NCBI GenBank assembly: GCA_023213395.1
Contig: CM041465.1
Coordinates: forward strand, 106,895,741-106,959,740
DNA: 64,000 nt
Source of the DNA: Cycas panzhihuaensis
Lineage: Eukaryota; Plantae; Cycadophyta
Direction: 5' to 3'
The notes below the pieces were generated by a model that searched no databases, had not been told where the DNA came from, and saw nothing but the letters and a program-made list of their open reading frames with translations. How positions within the stretch are numbered: the first letter of the stretch is position 1; every line of letters begins with the position of its first letter. Below are positions 26,250 to 39,584 of the stretch, one piece after another. The position numbers and the translations under genes are program-made.

Positions 26250-29200
26250 ACTCAGAAGCTCCTATAGGAAATTCTCTTTCCAAACCCTCATTCTCTTATT
26301 TAAAACCACCTAGTTGGCAAGCTAATCCATAACTGCATTACCTTCCTTATACACATGCCAAATCTAGGTACTCTATTTGGATCTTAAAATGTCTTGAGCA
26401 TCCCTAACCATGTCCACATTATACCAATCAACCTCCATATCCCCCTTGAGAATCCTGATCACATTCAGAGAGTCTCCTTCTATCATTACCTTATCACAGT
26501 TGTCCTCATTAGTCATAGCTATAGTTCTCTGCATAGCCTTAAGTTTAGCACTATGATTCATCTGTTGACCATAGTATTTTACAAAGGCCCATCTTACTGA
26601 CCCATCTGGGTATCTACATAGTCCACCCCCTCCCCCCCCCATCCTCACTTGGGTTGCCTTTTGACGCCCCATCAAAATTTATTTTGACCCAATTTTCATT
26701 AGGCGCCTTCCATAAACACTTCCCCTATTTTACCCCTATGATCTTAGGTCTCCTAATCCCCCAACAGTCCATAATGCTTCTCTCCCCATTCAGATCCACT
26801 TCCTCATCTAAAGGTTTAATCATTTCTACTATCGCTCATCGAGTCATTTGATAGAGCCTAGGTTCATCCATCTCCTTCCCTTAGAGGATTCTTCTATTAC
26901 GTTCCTTCCAGATATTCCAAACTACCATAGGCATAATTAGTTTCCAAAGTAGTCCCAACGTCTTACTCCTAAAGGGCGATTTCTACAACATCCATTTATC
27001 TAACAAGGTCATAGGAAACACCTAGTCTATCCTAAGATTAGACCAAATGTAGGTCCAAATTCCCCTAGAGAAGGGACAATGAATACTAATATGATCTAAA
27101 GACTCCTCATCATTCTTACACAACACACATCTATTTAGCATGGCTAAGCCTCGCCTATGGAGATTATCAATTGTTAGTATCTTATTATGTAGACAAAGCC
27201 ACCAAAAAACCATCGCCTTTAGAATAAGCCCCAACTTCCAAACCCAAGCTAGTAGTGGGTTCTTACCAAACCCCTCCTCCATGCATATAATTTGATATCC
27301 CTCTTACACAGAGTATGTCCTAGAGGGGGAGTGAGGCCATATTATTGTATCATCTAATGGCCTTTTGGGAATATACTAGTGGTACAGTTCACTCTTAAGG
27401 ACCTAAATATTATCCCCCCCTCCTAGATCCCTTTGTATTTCCTTAAAGGATCTCCACTTTCTGTCTTTGCCTTGACCCACCTAATAGTCCTTAACCAATG
27501 AGCCAAAGGTGCTTTCACAGACCCCTACCGATTACCAATGGAGGGTCTATCCTTTAATTTGTAGTCTCCATACCATTTATCTTCCCAAAACCCGATGCTT
27601 TCCCCATTCCCCAACTTCCATCTCATACCCTTAGTTAAAATGTGTCTCACATGAACTAACCCTTTCCAAATAGAGGAACTAGAAACTTCCCCCACCTCAT
27701 CTTTTAAAAAGTGTCTGCCCCCTAGGTACATTTTGGTAATGATATTTCCCCACTGGGTGCCATCATTTTTCGCCAGTCTCCACCCAATTTTGGCCATCAA
27801 AGCCTTGTTGAACCTCCCTAGCCTTCTGATTTTAAGCCTGCCTGCCCACCTAGGCCTACAGACTTTGTCCCATGAAACCAAGTGAAATATGTCCTTATCC
27901 TCTATGCTAGAATAGAGGAATCTTTTCTGAATGCCTTCTAAGATCAAAATGATCTTGCTTAGAATCTTGAAGATTCACATCATATAGACTGGAATGCTCT
28001 GCAATGTGGCCACTACCAACTGAATTTTGCCCACTTGACTAAGGAGGGAGCCCTTCTAACTAGCCAACTTCCTTTGGATTTTATCCACAATAGGGTCCCA
28101 AAGATCCTTACTCATGTTTCCCATAAATAAAGGCATCCCCAGGTATGTGATTGGAAGAGTCCTAATAGGGATTTCCATCTCCCTACTAATCCTTCTTTGT
28201 AATCTCTCAGGGGTGTTTGTTAGATAATGTAACAACAATGTTTTGGAGGCTAAGATTTTAATAGGTTGGCATTATGGTTTCCCCAACAAACTTCCTCAAG
28301 GGGTTCCAAGGGGGGCGAGAGCCCCTTTTGGTTGGGGAGAGGGGAGGGTTAGAAGGCCCCCTACAAACAGGGGATTCAGGGGTGATAGCCCCTGACCCAA
28401 AAAGCTAGCACTGAAAAGCATACTAAATTGTAAAGAGAATCAGGGTCGTTCACTAAAAATACCCTAGATTCTATGGTTGATATTTGTGCCTTGTATGACT
28501 CTCTCATATAGCCTGATTTAGGGTATTTTTTCATTACGTTGATAGTGTTCAATGTATTGGATATACTGTGAAGAGTTGGGCAGCTGGTTGTTGTTGTTGT
28601 CAACATTCTGCTACAGATTACATATATTTCTCCATTCTTTGATAATAAAGATCGATGCATTTCCTTTGTGGATGTTTCCCCTAGAATACTGCTATGGTTT
28701 TAGCATGTTATATCAGGTGTATATGTGATGCTTAGGTATATATAATGTATATGTAATCTATTTTATTGTATTATCTCTAGTTTAAGAACTTGCATGTTAA
28801 ATTTCAGTTTTGATTCTTGTAACTAGTTACAAAATAGTTTAGATCTTGGTGGTGGTTTCAAGTTATTAAGACCTTGTCTTCTTAACGATGTTGATGAAAA
28901 AAATGGAGCTCTTTTCTAGATTGATTTTTTGATTCATAACCCTCTCATAGGCCTGGAGCCTTGTCTTAAATACTCTAGCTTCCCCTAGGGATGCCTTACC
29001 TAGAAAGATATTATCATCGATGAACTGATGTTAGACAACATTGTCAATGCTGGATGAAGGTTTAAGCCTAGTCACCCACCCTCTCCTTCTCACCTCCTCA
29101 ATAGCCCTCCTGAATATTTCTGCCATAATGATAAATAGGTAGGGGGATAAAGGATTCCCTTACATCAATCCTCTAAAGCCAGGGAAGAAAGGAGTCGAGG

Positions 29201-31095
29201 TGTCATTTATCATAATAGAGAAAGAAGAGCTGGATATGCAACACCACATCCAACCCCTCCAAACCTCATCAAAGCCAAAGGCCTGGAGGCAATCCATTAA
29301 GTAATCCCAAGCCACCCGATCATAAGCTTTAGACATGTCAATTTTCACCAATATTTCAGCCTCTTTCCTATGGTAAATCGAATGAGTCATCTCATGGACC
29401 ACTATTATATTGTCCAAGATTTATCTGCCTTTCACAAATCCATCCTGATTTGGGAATATGATAAGTGGCAAGCATTCCTTTAATCTATTTTCCAAAATTT
29501 TATATTTTACATTGCAAAGGCTTATCAGTCCAAAGTCCTCCATGACTTTCACTCCTTCTTTCTTGGGAATCAGCACAAAAAAAGTCACCTGCCACTCCTT
29601 TAGAGTTGTTTTCTTCTTAGTAAATGCATCCAAAGCTAGTTTTAGATCCTCGTTGATTATATGCCAAAATTCTTCAAAAAAACCTAGAGGGAAACCATCC
29701 GGCCTAGGAGCTTTATCTTGGCCCATGTTAAAGAGAGCCTTCTCCACTTCCTCCAATGTAAAAGGATCTGTCAACCTTCTATTTTGGACTTCATTGATCA
29801 GTTTTGGGATATGTCTCATAAGATTCTTCCTTAGTTCCATCTCTTAGCAACTGGGTTCTTCAAATAAGTTCTTAAAGTATTCCACCATAATGTCCTTGAT
29901 CTCCTCTTTTGTCTCATGATTGACTCCATCCACACTACATAGAATGTTTATTCTGTTACAGGATCTATGTTTCAACATGGACATATGAAAAACCTTAGTG
30001 TTTTTGTCTCCCTCTGACAGCTAGAGAGCTCTAGATTTCTATTTCTAATATATTTCCTCTTTGGCCAACACGTATTCCAAGTTTTTTGTGGTCAAATGCT
30101 TCATCTAGTCCAAAATATTGGACTTCCCTTCCTCCTGAATCCTGCCCTCTACCGTATTCAATTCCTCAAGAAGTCTGCCTTTGTCCTCAAAAATGTTTCT
30201 AAAAACTTCTTTGTTCCAAACTTTAATCTATCTCTTGACCCAATTCAAGTTTTTAAGAACATGAACATAGCATGTCCCTTCATCGGGATACTCCATTATT
30301 CCCTAACCCTGTCCCTGAGATTCGGGTGCCTCAGCCACATAAGCTCGAATAAGAAGTCAGGCCCTTAATGAATACTTAAAGTATTAAATTCCAACATTAA
30401 AGGTAAATGGTTAGAGGCCACCTTTGGTAGTGCCTTTAATTTAATGTTTTCATGGAGACTCATACATTCATAATTTATCAACACCCTGTCTAACTTAATC
30501 TAGATGTGGTTATCCCCTAATCTCCTATTTGACCAAGTGTACCTAGCCCCTCTAAGTGGGACATCCATCAATCCTCCTCTTTGTAAAAAATCCCCCAGGT
30601 TTGAGATGCTCCTGGACCAACCCTCTTGACCTCCTTTCTTTTCTCTTAGGTATAAGGTCGTATTTAGGTCTCCCATAACTATCCAGGGGCCCTTCTAGTC
30701 TTTGTGGATAGTCATAATCCTATCCCATAAGTTCTTCCTTCCTTCCACTATTATTGGAGCATAAATATTGGTGGCTAACCATTAGATATTTGTTCTCCTA
30801 TAGGTAAGGTAGACAGTCATGAAATGCTCTTCCTGAACCATACCAATCCCCTGCCAAAAACTTGGGTCCCATAGAACAACCATACTTCCTGATCTAAGAG
30901 ATCCCTCTTTTGCCAACATCTCACCATTCCTCTAGATCTTGTTGTTCACCTATGATTCCTTAGTCTTCTCAAGTTTTGTTTCCTACAATATCATAATATC
31001 CCCTTCCACTTTATGTCTCAAATTCTTGACAATTCTCTATTTAGAGGGGGCATTCAAACCCCTCACATTCTAGGATAATATTCTTATGGACATGA
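26250..31095 (-). pseudogene. LINE ORF2 pseudogene: APE endonuclease, reverse transcriptase, zf-RVT, C-terminal RNase H-like domain
   Basis: S*NVRGLN near 31070; KAPRPDGF and ILVKIDMSKAYDRVAW; HQFIDD near 29020; YLGMPL; RCVLCKNDEESLDHISIHC; WVKINFDGASKGNP and IEGDSLNVI. Confidence 0.9.
28218..28887 (+). repeat. Solo LTR (670 bp) inserted into LINE ORF2
   Basis: Termini TGTTAG...CTTAACG; TSD GTGTT/ATGTT; LINE sequence KSSIFF|INTPERL rejoins when it is removed. Its G-rich motif is shared with LTR 14022-14511. Confidence 0.85.
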
Positions 31096-31099
31096 CCCT

Positions 31100-32450
31100 T
31101 CGTGACAGCCCTTAAGGGTCATCTTCTACTTCTAAGAAATATGCCTTCAATAACCCCTTCCTTTAGGGTTCACTAAAACGCTTGGTCGATTTGGGAAACT
31201 GCCTCCCTTTCTCTAATCACTTTCTTAGACAGCCTGCCAACCCTTCTATCGCTTCCCAAGTCTAGGGCTCTTCTTGCTACCCACCTGCGATCCCCACTAA
31301 ATGGCCTTTCTAGCTCCCCTCTCACATACTAGGCTCCCTCAGCCCTACAGTCCACACCCTCTTGACAGTCCTCTTCCACAACTATTGAAACTTGCTACAC
31401 TTCCATCTGACCTATAGGATGATCGTTCTCGTCACCTTCCTCTGAGAAATGGTCTTCCTCATCCCAGTTTATCTCGTTTATTTCCTTAGCCTGAGTATTC
31501 TCGACTACCTTAGGCAGGGCCTCCTCAGTCCTCCTCTCCTCACCCTTAGGACATTCCTCTTCCATGGTTATTAATCCTTGATACCCTTCCACCTGTTCTA
31601 AAGGTTGCTCTTTTTCCTCAACTTCCACTAATATAGAAGCCTCCTCGTTCTAATTTGACTGAGGAGTTTCAACTACCTTTGTCCCCAAGGCATCACCCAC
31701 ATCTGTTTTTGCCACTAGATCCTCAACAGCCTTGCTAAGCCCCCCCTTCTCATGAGCCTCATCCTTATTTGGTTCCCCTTATCACTTCATAGGGAGATGC
31801 CCCAAGCATCTGCATCTAAAGCATCTAAAACCCTCCAACTCATAAACCAACTTCTGATCAATATTCCACCCCTCTATTTCAATGCTGACCTCTTTTGGGA
31901 GGTTTTTGTTGAGTCTCGTTGGAACAAAAAACCAGGTGTTTATCAAGCGGGTTCTATTCTTTGTTGCTGAGTCTATTGCTAATAGCTGCCCTACTGCTTT
32001 AGCCACCCCTCTCACTACTTCCAGGTTCTAAAATTGCAAGGGTAACCCTAGCATCTGGACCCAGATTGAAACTTGTTTTACAATTGGAATTGATGGGTCA
32101 AAGTCTAGATGCCACTTTTCCAAGATGATTGCCTTTCTTCCAAGCATCTAGGGTGATTTTAGGAGAATGCCAATCATATCTTCTTGGTTGGTAAACCTAA
32201 AAAGAGCGAAATCCTTGGGAATAGCTATTACCTCCACTAGATTCTTTGTTTTCCACTTATTCACCACCTATTTCTTGATGATATCAAGCCCCAATCTAGG
32301 CTATGAAAACCTCCCGACCAAACTATTTTTCCAATATTTCTCCATCTTCTCGGTTAGGTCTTTTGGTACAAGGATTTTTATACGGTTGTCTTGGTAGACT
32401 AGGTTTATTTCATACTCATTTGTACCACCATTTCTCAGCACATCCAGGTA
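31100..32450 (-). pseudogene. LINE ORF1 pseudogene (DUF4283/RRM-like region plus CCHC zinc knuckle)
   Basis: VSVWVQMLGLPLQF-like segment near 32050; VAKAVGQLLAID; CFRCRCLGH; acidic tail. Multiple stops. Confidence 0.8.
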
Positions 32451-33295
32451 TGTCCTTCCCAGAGGAGAGGATTAAGTCTAGTTTTTATGGTCTAGTTGCT
32501 CCATACTAATAAACTAAATCACTACAAAACATAATAAAGACTGATAGTCTAAGACTCATCTAGCTGCCATATAACTCCATTGTCAAAATATTGTTCCATA
32601 AGCCTTTCCTTTGATTGCCCACTACTATTCCTTATAAGGATACCTTAAAACACCCCAACGTGGGTACCCTCCATTCAGTAATTGCTCACAAAGCACTAAA
32701 AATAGAGGAGACCCTAACCTAGCACAACTCCTAATGTTCTCCTTTTATCTTTGTGCTTTGGCCCACTACTGGATGAAGGTCCAACCCCACTCGAGTCTCC
32801 ACACTGCTATTTAGACCAACTTTAGCATATTTGGGTACTTTGTACCCTCCATCCTACACACCTGACTCACGCCTCATCCCTCCATTTTCACCAACCTAAT
32901 CAAAGCTTAGATCTTTGTATGCACCACCCTGATCAACATATAGATCTCTATGTGATCCTTCACAGGTGTAAAGCTTCTGTCCCTCCCATCATTGAGGGAT
33001 GAATCTTGGTCTCATGCCCTCCCAGGGCCTCGTCACTGCTTCTTGAACACTCTAAATAGTCATAGGCCTTTAGTGTCACCTCGAACCCTAGCAGCCATCA
33101 GAGTTCCACATAAGGTCCTCATACCAATCTATTAGATTAAGTATGAGAAAACCTTTCGTATTAATCAATCATCACTAGACTACTAATTAAATATTACATC
33201 AATATTTATGAAAACTAATATTCCAACACTCCCCATGAATGTTTAATTTATGGAATTTAAAATTCCCTTCATATTATTATGTTGAATCTTCATGA

Positions 33296-36200
33296 TAATG
33301 GAATCAGGGGACAGAGGAAGCATAGAGAATAAGTGAGAGAATAAATTAATAATCTAATAGAATGGTAGTATTGATAAATACCAGGGTCTTCAGACCCCAT
33401 AAATAAATAGGCAGGATATGAGTAGGATGTGGTATGCCACTCAACATCCACCACCGATTGGCATTGACAAACACTAGTATGGATGTTGCTAATATCTGAT
33501 AATATATGACTATGTGCAGCTAGGGTTTGATAAAGAGTCGTAATAATATCTCCATTAATATATTATTTATCTCTTCAATATGGGTAACAAACCTTAGGTG
33601 GATAGAAGCCCTAATGGGCATTATTCTAATATTTATCCCCTATGATGCCTATTTAAAGAGACTCTAATTTTATCTCTAAATTTAATAAATTTTATCTTAC
33701 CAAGTGCCTTAGTGAATATGTTTATCACATGATCTTCTCTTCTATGCTGTAATAGACCAATTTAAGTTTGCCTTACTATACTAATTCTCTAATAAAGTGA
33801 TATTGCATTTTAATGTGCTTTATCTTGCCATAAAACACTAGATTCTGAGTTATCTAAATTGTGCTTTGATTATCATAAACTATATGAGCGGGACTAACAT
33901 ATTCTTCTTACAAATCCTGTACTAATCTTATTTTATACTTATCAATAATTCCATATGATTTATACTTGATCTTATAGACCCATTTAGTTCTAATTGTATT
34001 CTTATTTGGTAGTAGATCCATTAACTCCCATGTATTATTTTTTACTAAGGCATTATATTCATATTTCATAGCTTCCTTCCACTCATCCTATATACTAGCC
34101 TCTTCAAAGTTATGAGCCTCATTGGACTCCATAACTTGAGTTATCAATGCAAAATTCATCCTTTGAGACCTAGTAGTTCTTCTCTCAAAGTTGGTGTCCA
34201 AAATGCTTAAAGGGTCATGTACCCTTTATACCTACTTAGGGACATTTTGATTTGATGTAAAGGGTCTTATTTCATTTGCATTAGCTACATTTGTATCCTT
34301 AGAAATTGATTGTTTTTTCCTTTATCTTTTTTTCAATAACTTCATCTCAATAAAATTCATCTTTTTTAAAGATGGCATCCCTACTTACAATTACCTTTTT
34401 ACCTTTTGGATCATAGAGTTTATAGGATCTAGATGAGTCACTATATCCTATAAAAATACACTTGATGCCCTTATCATCTAACTTAGTTTTTCTTTGGTTT
34501 AGAACATGTGCATAACTTATGCACCCAAAAATCCTTAAGTATTTTATGCTTGGCTTATGACCTGTCTAAGCTTCTTCTAGCATGACCCATGTAATTACCT
34601 TAGCAGCACATTTATTTAATATCTAAGTAGTTATGTATATAGATTCTACCTAAAATTCATTTCTAAGGTACTTATCTTTAAGCATACTTCTTACTATTTC
34701 GACAATTGTTCTATTCTTTCTTTTAGCAACCCCATTTTACTATGGTATACAAGAATTAGTGAGTTATTTTCTTATGCCATAATAATTTCAATAAGCCTTG
34801 AACTTATTTTAAGTGAATTCTCCCCTATTATATGATCTTAGGATAAGAATTATAAATCCACTTTGCCTCCCCTATTATCTAATCTTAGGGAAGAATTCTA
34901 AATCTACTATCTTTCCATAAAAGTTTTGAAGTCCATAGAAGCATTATAGAGCATCTAATTTAAATTTAATTAAGTAGACCTATGTCATCTTTGTAAAGTT
35001 ATCAATAAAAGTTATAAAGTACTTAGCTCGTCCAAGTGAGGGCACATCTATGGGACCATATAAATCTATATAAATCAATTGAAAGGACCCATTGGCCCTA
35101 CAACTTTCATTAGAAAAACTTTCCCTTTGCTACTTTCCAAATATGCAACCTTCATAAAGTTCTTTGTTAGGTGCAATAGTAAGAAGTGCAATCACCATAT
35201 TCATTCTTTTCATTAACGCCAAACTATTAAAATTTACGTGACCAAGTCTTTTGTGTTATTTATCATTATCCACATTTGATGATGTCTTTAATGCATAACA
35301 ATCTATTGGGGGTATGACTACTTTAAATAACCTATCACTATTCATTTGACCTTTGGCTATAATTTCCTTATTCCTTGATTTGTCCTTGATGTTGTATTTG
35401 TTATTATCATAGACCACTTTATATTGCTACAGTATCATCTGACCCACTACAAGTAAATTCTTCTTAAAAGATGGAATATATGAAAGATCATTTATACTTG
35501 TAATTTCTCCAAAATTAGTTATAATGGAGATGTTTCGTTTTCTAATAACTACCTGAATGGTGTTGTTTCTTTTTCTAATAACTACCTAAATGGTGTTGTC
35601 TCCAAACATAATTTTACTTTTCTAAGAGTTATCTAACTCCTTAAACCACTTTTTTGTGTGTCATATGTGTGGAACATCTTAAATTAATATATTAACTATC
35701 TTCTTCTTCATTGGCCATTAGGCTTGAAAGAAATAATCTATTATTATGTCTTTCTTCCACACTTGTATTAGTTGTTCTCTTTTGTGTACTTGACCATTTG
35801 GCAAAATAGTTTTCCTCTAAGTAACCACTCTTGTAGTAGTAGGAACATTGAATGGTTCCTCTATCTCTTTGAGTTTGATTTCTACCCCTAGGACATTGAC
35901 CTCTTCCTCTTCCTTAAGGTCCATAATTTTGGCCTTTTCCTTGGCCTCAAAAGTACCTTTGACCTTGGTATTAATTTCACCCTTGAAATTTTTGATTTAG
36001 GGCTTATCCTTGATAGCTACTTTATCCTTGATAATAAGCTTGGAAACCTTGATCTTATCTTTGAAACTAGTTTCTTAGTTGGTCTCTACCTCTAGAGGAT
36101 TAACCTCCACCCCTAGAACTTTATCCTTGGTAATTATGCCTAATCTTCACCTTAGTGGAAAAGACATGTTCAAGGGATTCATTTCCCCCTTTCTTTTCTT

Positions 36201-39200
36201 TAACTGCTAGAAGCATAACATTTAGTTGATCTATTTTAAGTGTGCTAATATTCCTAAACACTTCTATACTGGTAACTACCATTTTAAACCTCTTGATATC
36301 TCCTACACATCTTAGGATTTTTTTAACAACTCTTTATTTACTAATCATTTTATCTAATGATCTCATTAGGTTAACTAAGCCTTAGACCTTAGTAATAAAC
36401 TCATTAACTTCTTCATGAGTTATCATTCTTAGATTTTCAAATCTACTTCTTAAGGTTTAAAGTTTAGATAATCTAGCTCCTTCATAAGTCACCTTAAGTG
36501 CATCTCAAGCCTCCTTTGATGTTGTTACTTCACTAACTCTAAGGAATATATGATCTTCCAATGTATAGAAGATAAGTACAAGTGCCTCATTGCCCTTCTT
36601 TTCACATTCCTTGAAATATTTATTCTCATCCTTTGTGGTATCTCTATCAATTGATCTATAATATGTATCAACAAGTTTCCATATATCTTTGACAATAAAG
36701 ATAGGCTTTATTTGCCTACTCTAGTTAAGAAAATATGTGCTATAAAACTTAAGCACCATTATATTTCCAATATTCAATGCCATAGTAAAAAATATTACCA
36801 TGAAAAGTAATATTTTTAAAATATAAAAGTGCTTGAAGTAAAGTATAATCAAAGCACTAAAAAGAAATGAAAGATGAATTCAAAAACCACAAGATATATC
36901 CCATTTCATCTTTGAGACTTAGACAAATATCCCAATTAGGACTTTAACTACTTAAAAAGTAATATTTTATATTATTGAGAGCTTACAACTTGAAATTTGA
37001 CTAGTTCATATAAGGGTTATTACACAGGAAGCCCTTCACTAGTGCCACTTTTGAGCAAAAAAATATTATGTAAGATGACTTAAAAAAAACTTCAAGTCTT
37101 TACCACTCAATAGAGGATAAAATATAAAGTCCAATATTTCAAATCAAACTCAATTCTAATATTAGACATTCAAGATATGCATTAAAATGTTTTATAAAAA
37201 ATTAGCATTTTAACATTAAAGGTTCAAATAAAATTTCCATCAACTTAACTCATCAAAAAGTACATCAAATTGAAACGAAATATGGTCATATGACCACCTG
37301 TTTCAATTAGGTGAAAATGAACTCTGACCTAAAGTTGACAATACCAACTTTTGACTCAGTTGGTGAAAGTTGCGACCATTGGAGTAGAGACAAGTCCTGT
37401 CTTTGAATAACAACTTTGAAAATTTGACTTGGCCCCCTTTAAAAAATGATTCTTGGTCACTTTAAATGTTACATATGATCTGTTAGCTATTCGATAAAGG
37501 GGTTATGAGACTGTAAGGCTTCAAAAGATTTAGAATACAATCATCAAATGTATAAAGGTACATAATTTATGATAATAATCAATGATTAAATAAATGCATT
37601 AAAATATCCTATTGAAAGAATAAGGGTGCAAACAATGTGCTTTTCAGTTGACAGTGTGCTTTTTAGTTGATATGAAATGTATGCAAATAGTGTGGTCTTC
37701 AGTTGATATGAGATGTCTAACGTAAATATTATGATGCAATGAAATATAAATATTTCAAAAAAAACATTTGAACAACCCCACATCAATATGTTAGAGACTA
37801 TACAGCTAAATTGGTTGAAAGGTAATGCAACTACCATATTAAAAACATCTAGTTGTATATCAAATTCAATAATTAACTTTTATAAATATATTCAGCCACA
37901 AAATGAGACACCAAAGTATTACAAAGCATTAATTGATTGTATTGAAAAAAGTATTTACATAAATCTATCTGCTTGTGGTTAGATCTATCCATCAACGAGG
38001 CATAAATATCGATATTTGATAAATATTTAAATGCATAAAATATCCACAAATAAAATTATTCCAACCATAAAGAAAAAAGGCAATGCAAAAAAAACATTAA
38101 TCACTGCATGATATGGAAGTCACAATGAAATGAAGAGAGGTACAAATGTATAAATAGTCAGACAGAATTAAAGTATTTCTATGTTTTAAAAATATTGAAA
38201 AATATAATGCTTAAACAACTATGTAGTGAGTGTGCAATTGTCGGTGAAGAGAAAGTCGCAGATACGTAGTTGGAAGACAAAAGGAGACATGTAGGGTGAA
38301 TGCAAAAAAGGTTGTGCTAAGATATATATAGCTGGATGCAAATGACTGATAGATCAAGGTTACACTTTCACTTTCAATAAGATCACTATCTTTCTTTTCT
38401 CTTGTTCTTCAAAGATTATTAAATTTAAAATATCAAGATGGTTCTTCATATATATTATCTTTATATTCTAATATGCATAGATTCAAATGTAGATTTTGGT
38501 TTACCCAAGAATGGATAGGCATAAACAGTCATAGACTCTAGACTTTCAATCAATATAAATGGGCAAATTTTAAATGAGATGGGATGTAAACAAGCTAGTA
38601 GACTGTCACATAAAGATCAACAAGCTTCTAATAGAAAAATATCAATAGGCTTCTAATAGAAAAATACACTATGCAGAGAATGCATAGGGAGGTAAGACTG
38701 CTCAAAGAAGAGTTTAATATTTTCTAAAATGTTGTGTAGTGAAAGAAGAGTGTAGAATCCTTATCCTAGTGTTGTTAATGCTTCTCTTATTACTTCATAA
38801 TTGCTTGAGATAAGCATTATCTAGATGTATCTATTTTGGATGATCAATACTCCATTCATGTATTATAACATTCCCTAAAAAATAGAGGAGAGAAATGATA
38901 CAAGGAAACTCGAATACATTTAACAAATAAGGGATAGGTAAATGATATATAACTCTCATAAACATGATATAGTGTTATGCAATATCACTGACTAAGGTAA
39001 ATGCTTCAAAATAAAATAAATAAGATGCGAGTATTAAAAAAGAGACTCTATAGAATAAGAGAGATACTGAATGGGAGTAGAGATATTTCTTACAAGACTC
39101 CTCTATAGATGACTTTTTTGAACATGACTAGTTCTCTAAACAATAACTCTGAATGTTGGCTCTAAACAATCGCTTCTATAATAAGGAAGACGATATTCAA

Positions 39201-39584
39201 ATGCTCAAACTATGTATTAAATTCTTAAACTAAGCTCTGATACCAAATGATGGAATTATGGGATAGAGGGAGCATGGAGAATGTAGAAGAGAGAAAATCA
39301 ATAATCTTATAGAATGATAGTGTTGATGAACACCAAGGTGTTTGAACCCCATAGCTAAATAGACGGGATATGAGTAAGATGTGGCACACCGCTCAATATT
39401 TACCATTGACTAGCATTGGTAAATATCAGAATGGATGATGCCAATATCTGACAAGGTGCAATTATGTATGGCTAGGCTCTGACAAAGAGTCACAATAATA
39501 TCTCTATTAATATCTTGGTTATCTCTCCAATATGGGTAACAAACCCTAGGTGAATACAAGTCTCCAATAGACATTATTCCAACA
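33296..39584 (-). mobile_element. Ty1/copia element B with both LTRs (33296-33631, 39248-39584), TSD, long 5' leader and an internal RT deletion
   Basis: TSD CATGA/CATGC; perfect PBS AGCTCTGATACCA at 39233-39245; PPT at about 33632-33642. Gag ATG 36783 (MALNIGNIMVLKF); integrase QLIYIDLYGP; RNase H HIKMQYHFIRE. Confidence 0.92.

Larger units (their letters stand above)
26053..33120 (-). mobile_element. Full-length decayed L1-clade LINE with poly(A) tail and 18-bp TSD
   Basis: Poly-T at 26053-26065. TSD ATATCAATCTATTAGATT (26037-26054) / ATACCAATCTATTAGATT (33121-33138). ORF1 and ORF2 motifs are in the expected order. Confidence 0.93.

Noticed and set aside
29458-30368. Plus-strand ORFs 29458-29847 and 30096-30368
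   Set aside because: Antisense shadows of LINE ORF2.
35538-35603. 33-bp tandem duplication in B; similar 32-bp (12571-12632) and 25-bp (about 38623-38665) duplications
   Set aside because: Ordinary local slippage or repair duplications in dead elements, with no sign of function.
36784-39232. env-like ORF of a SIRE/Sirevirus element
   Set aside because: The extra DNA is 5' of gag rather than between pol and the 3' LTR, has no long ORF, and the LTRs are short.
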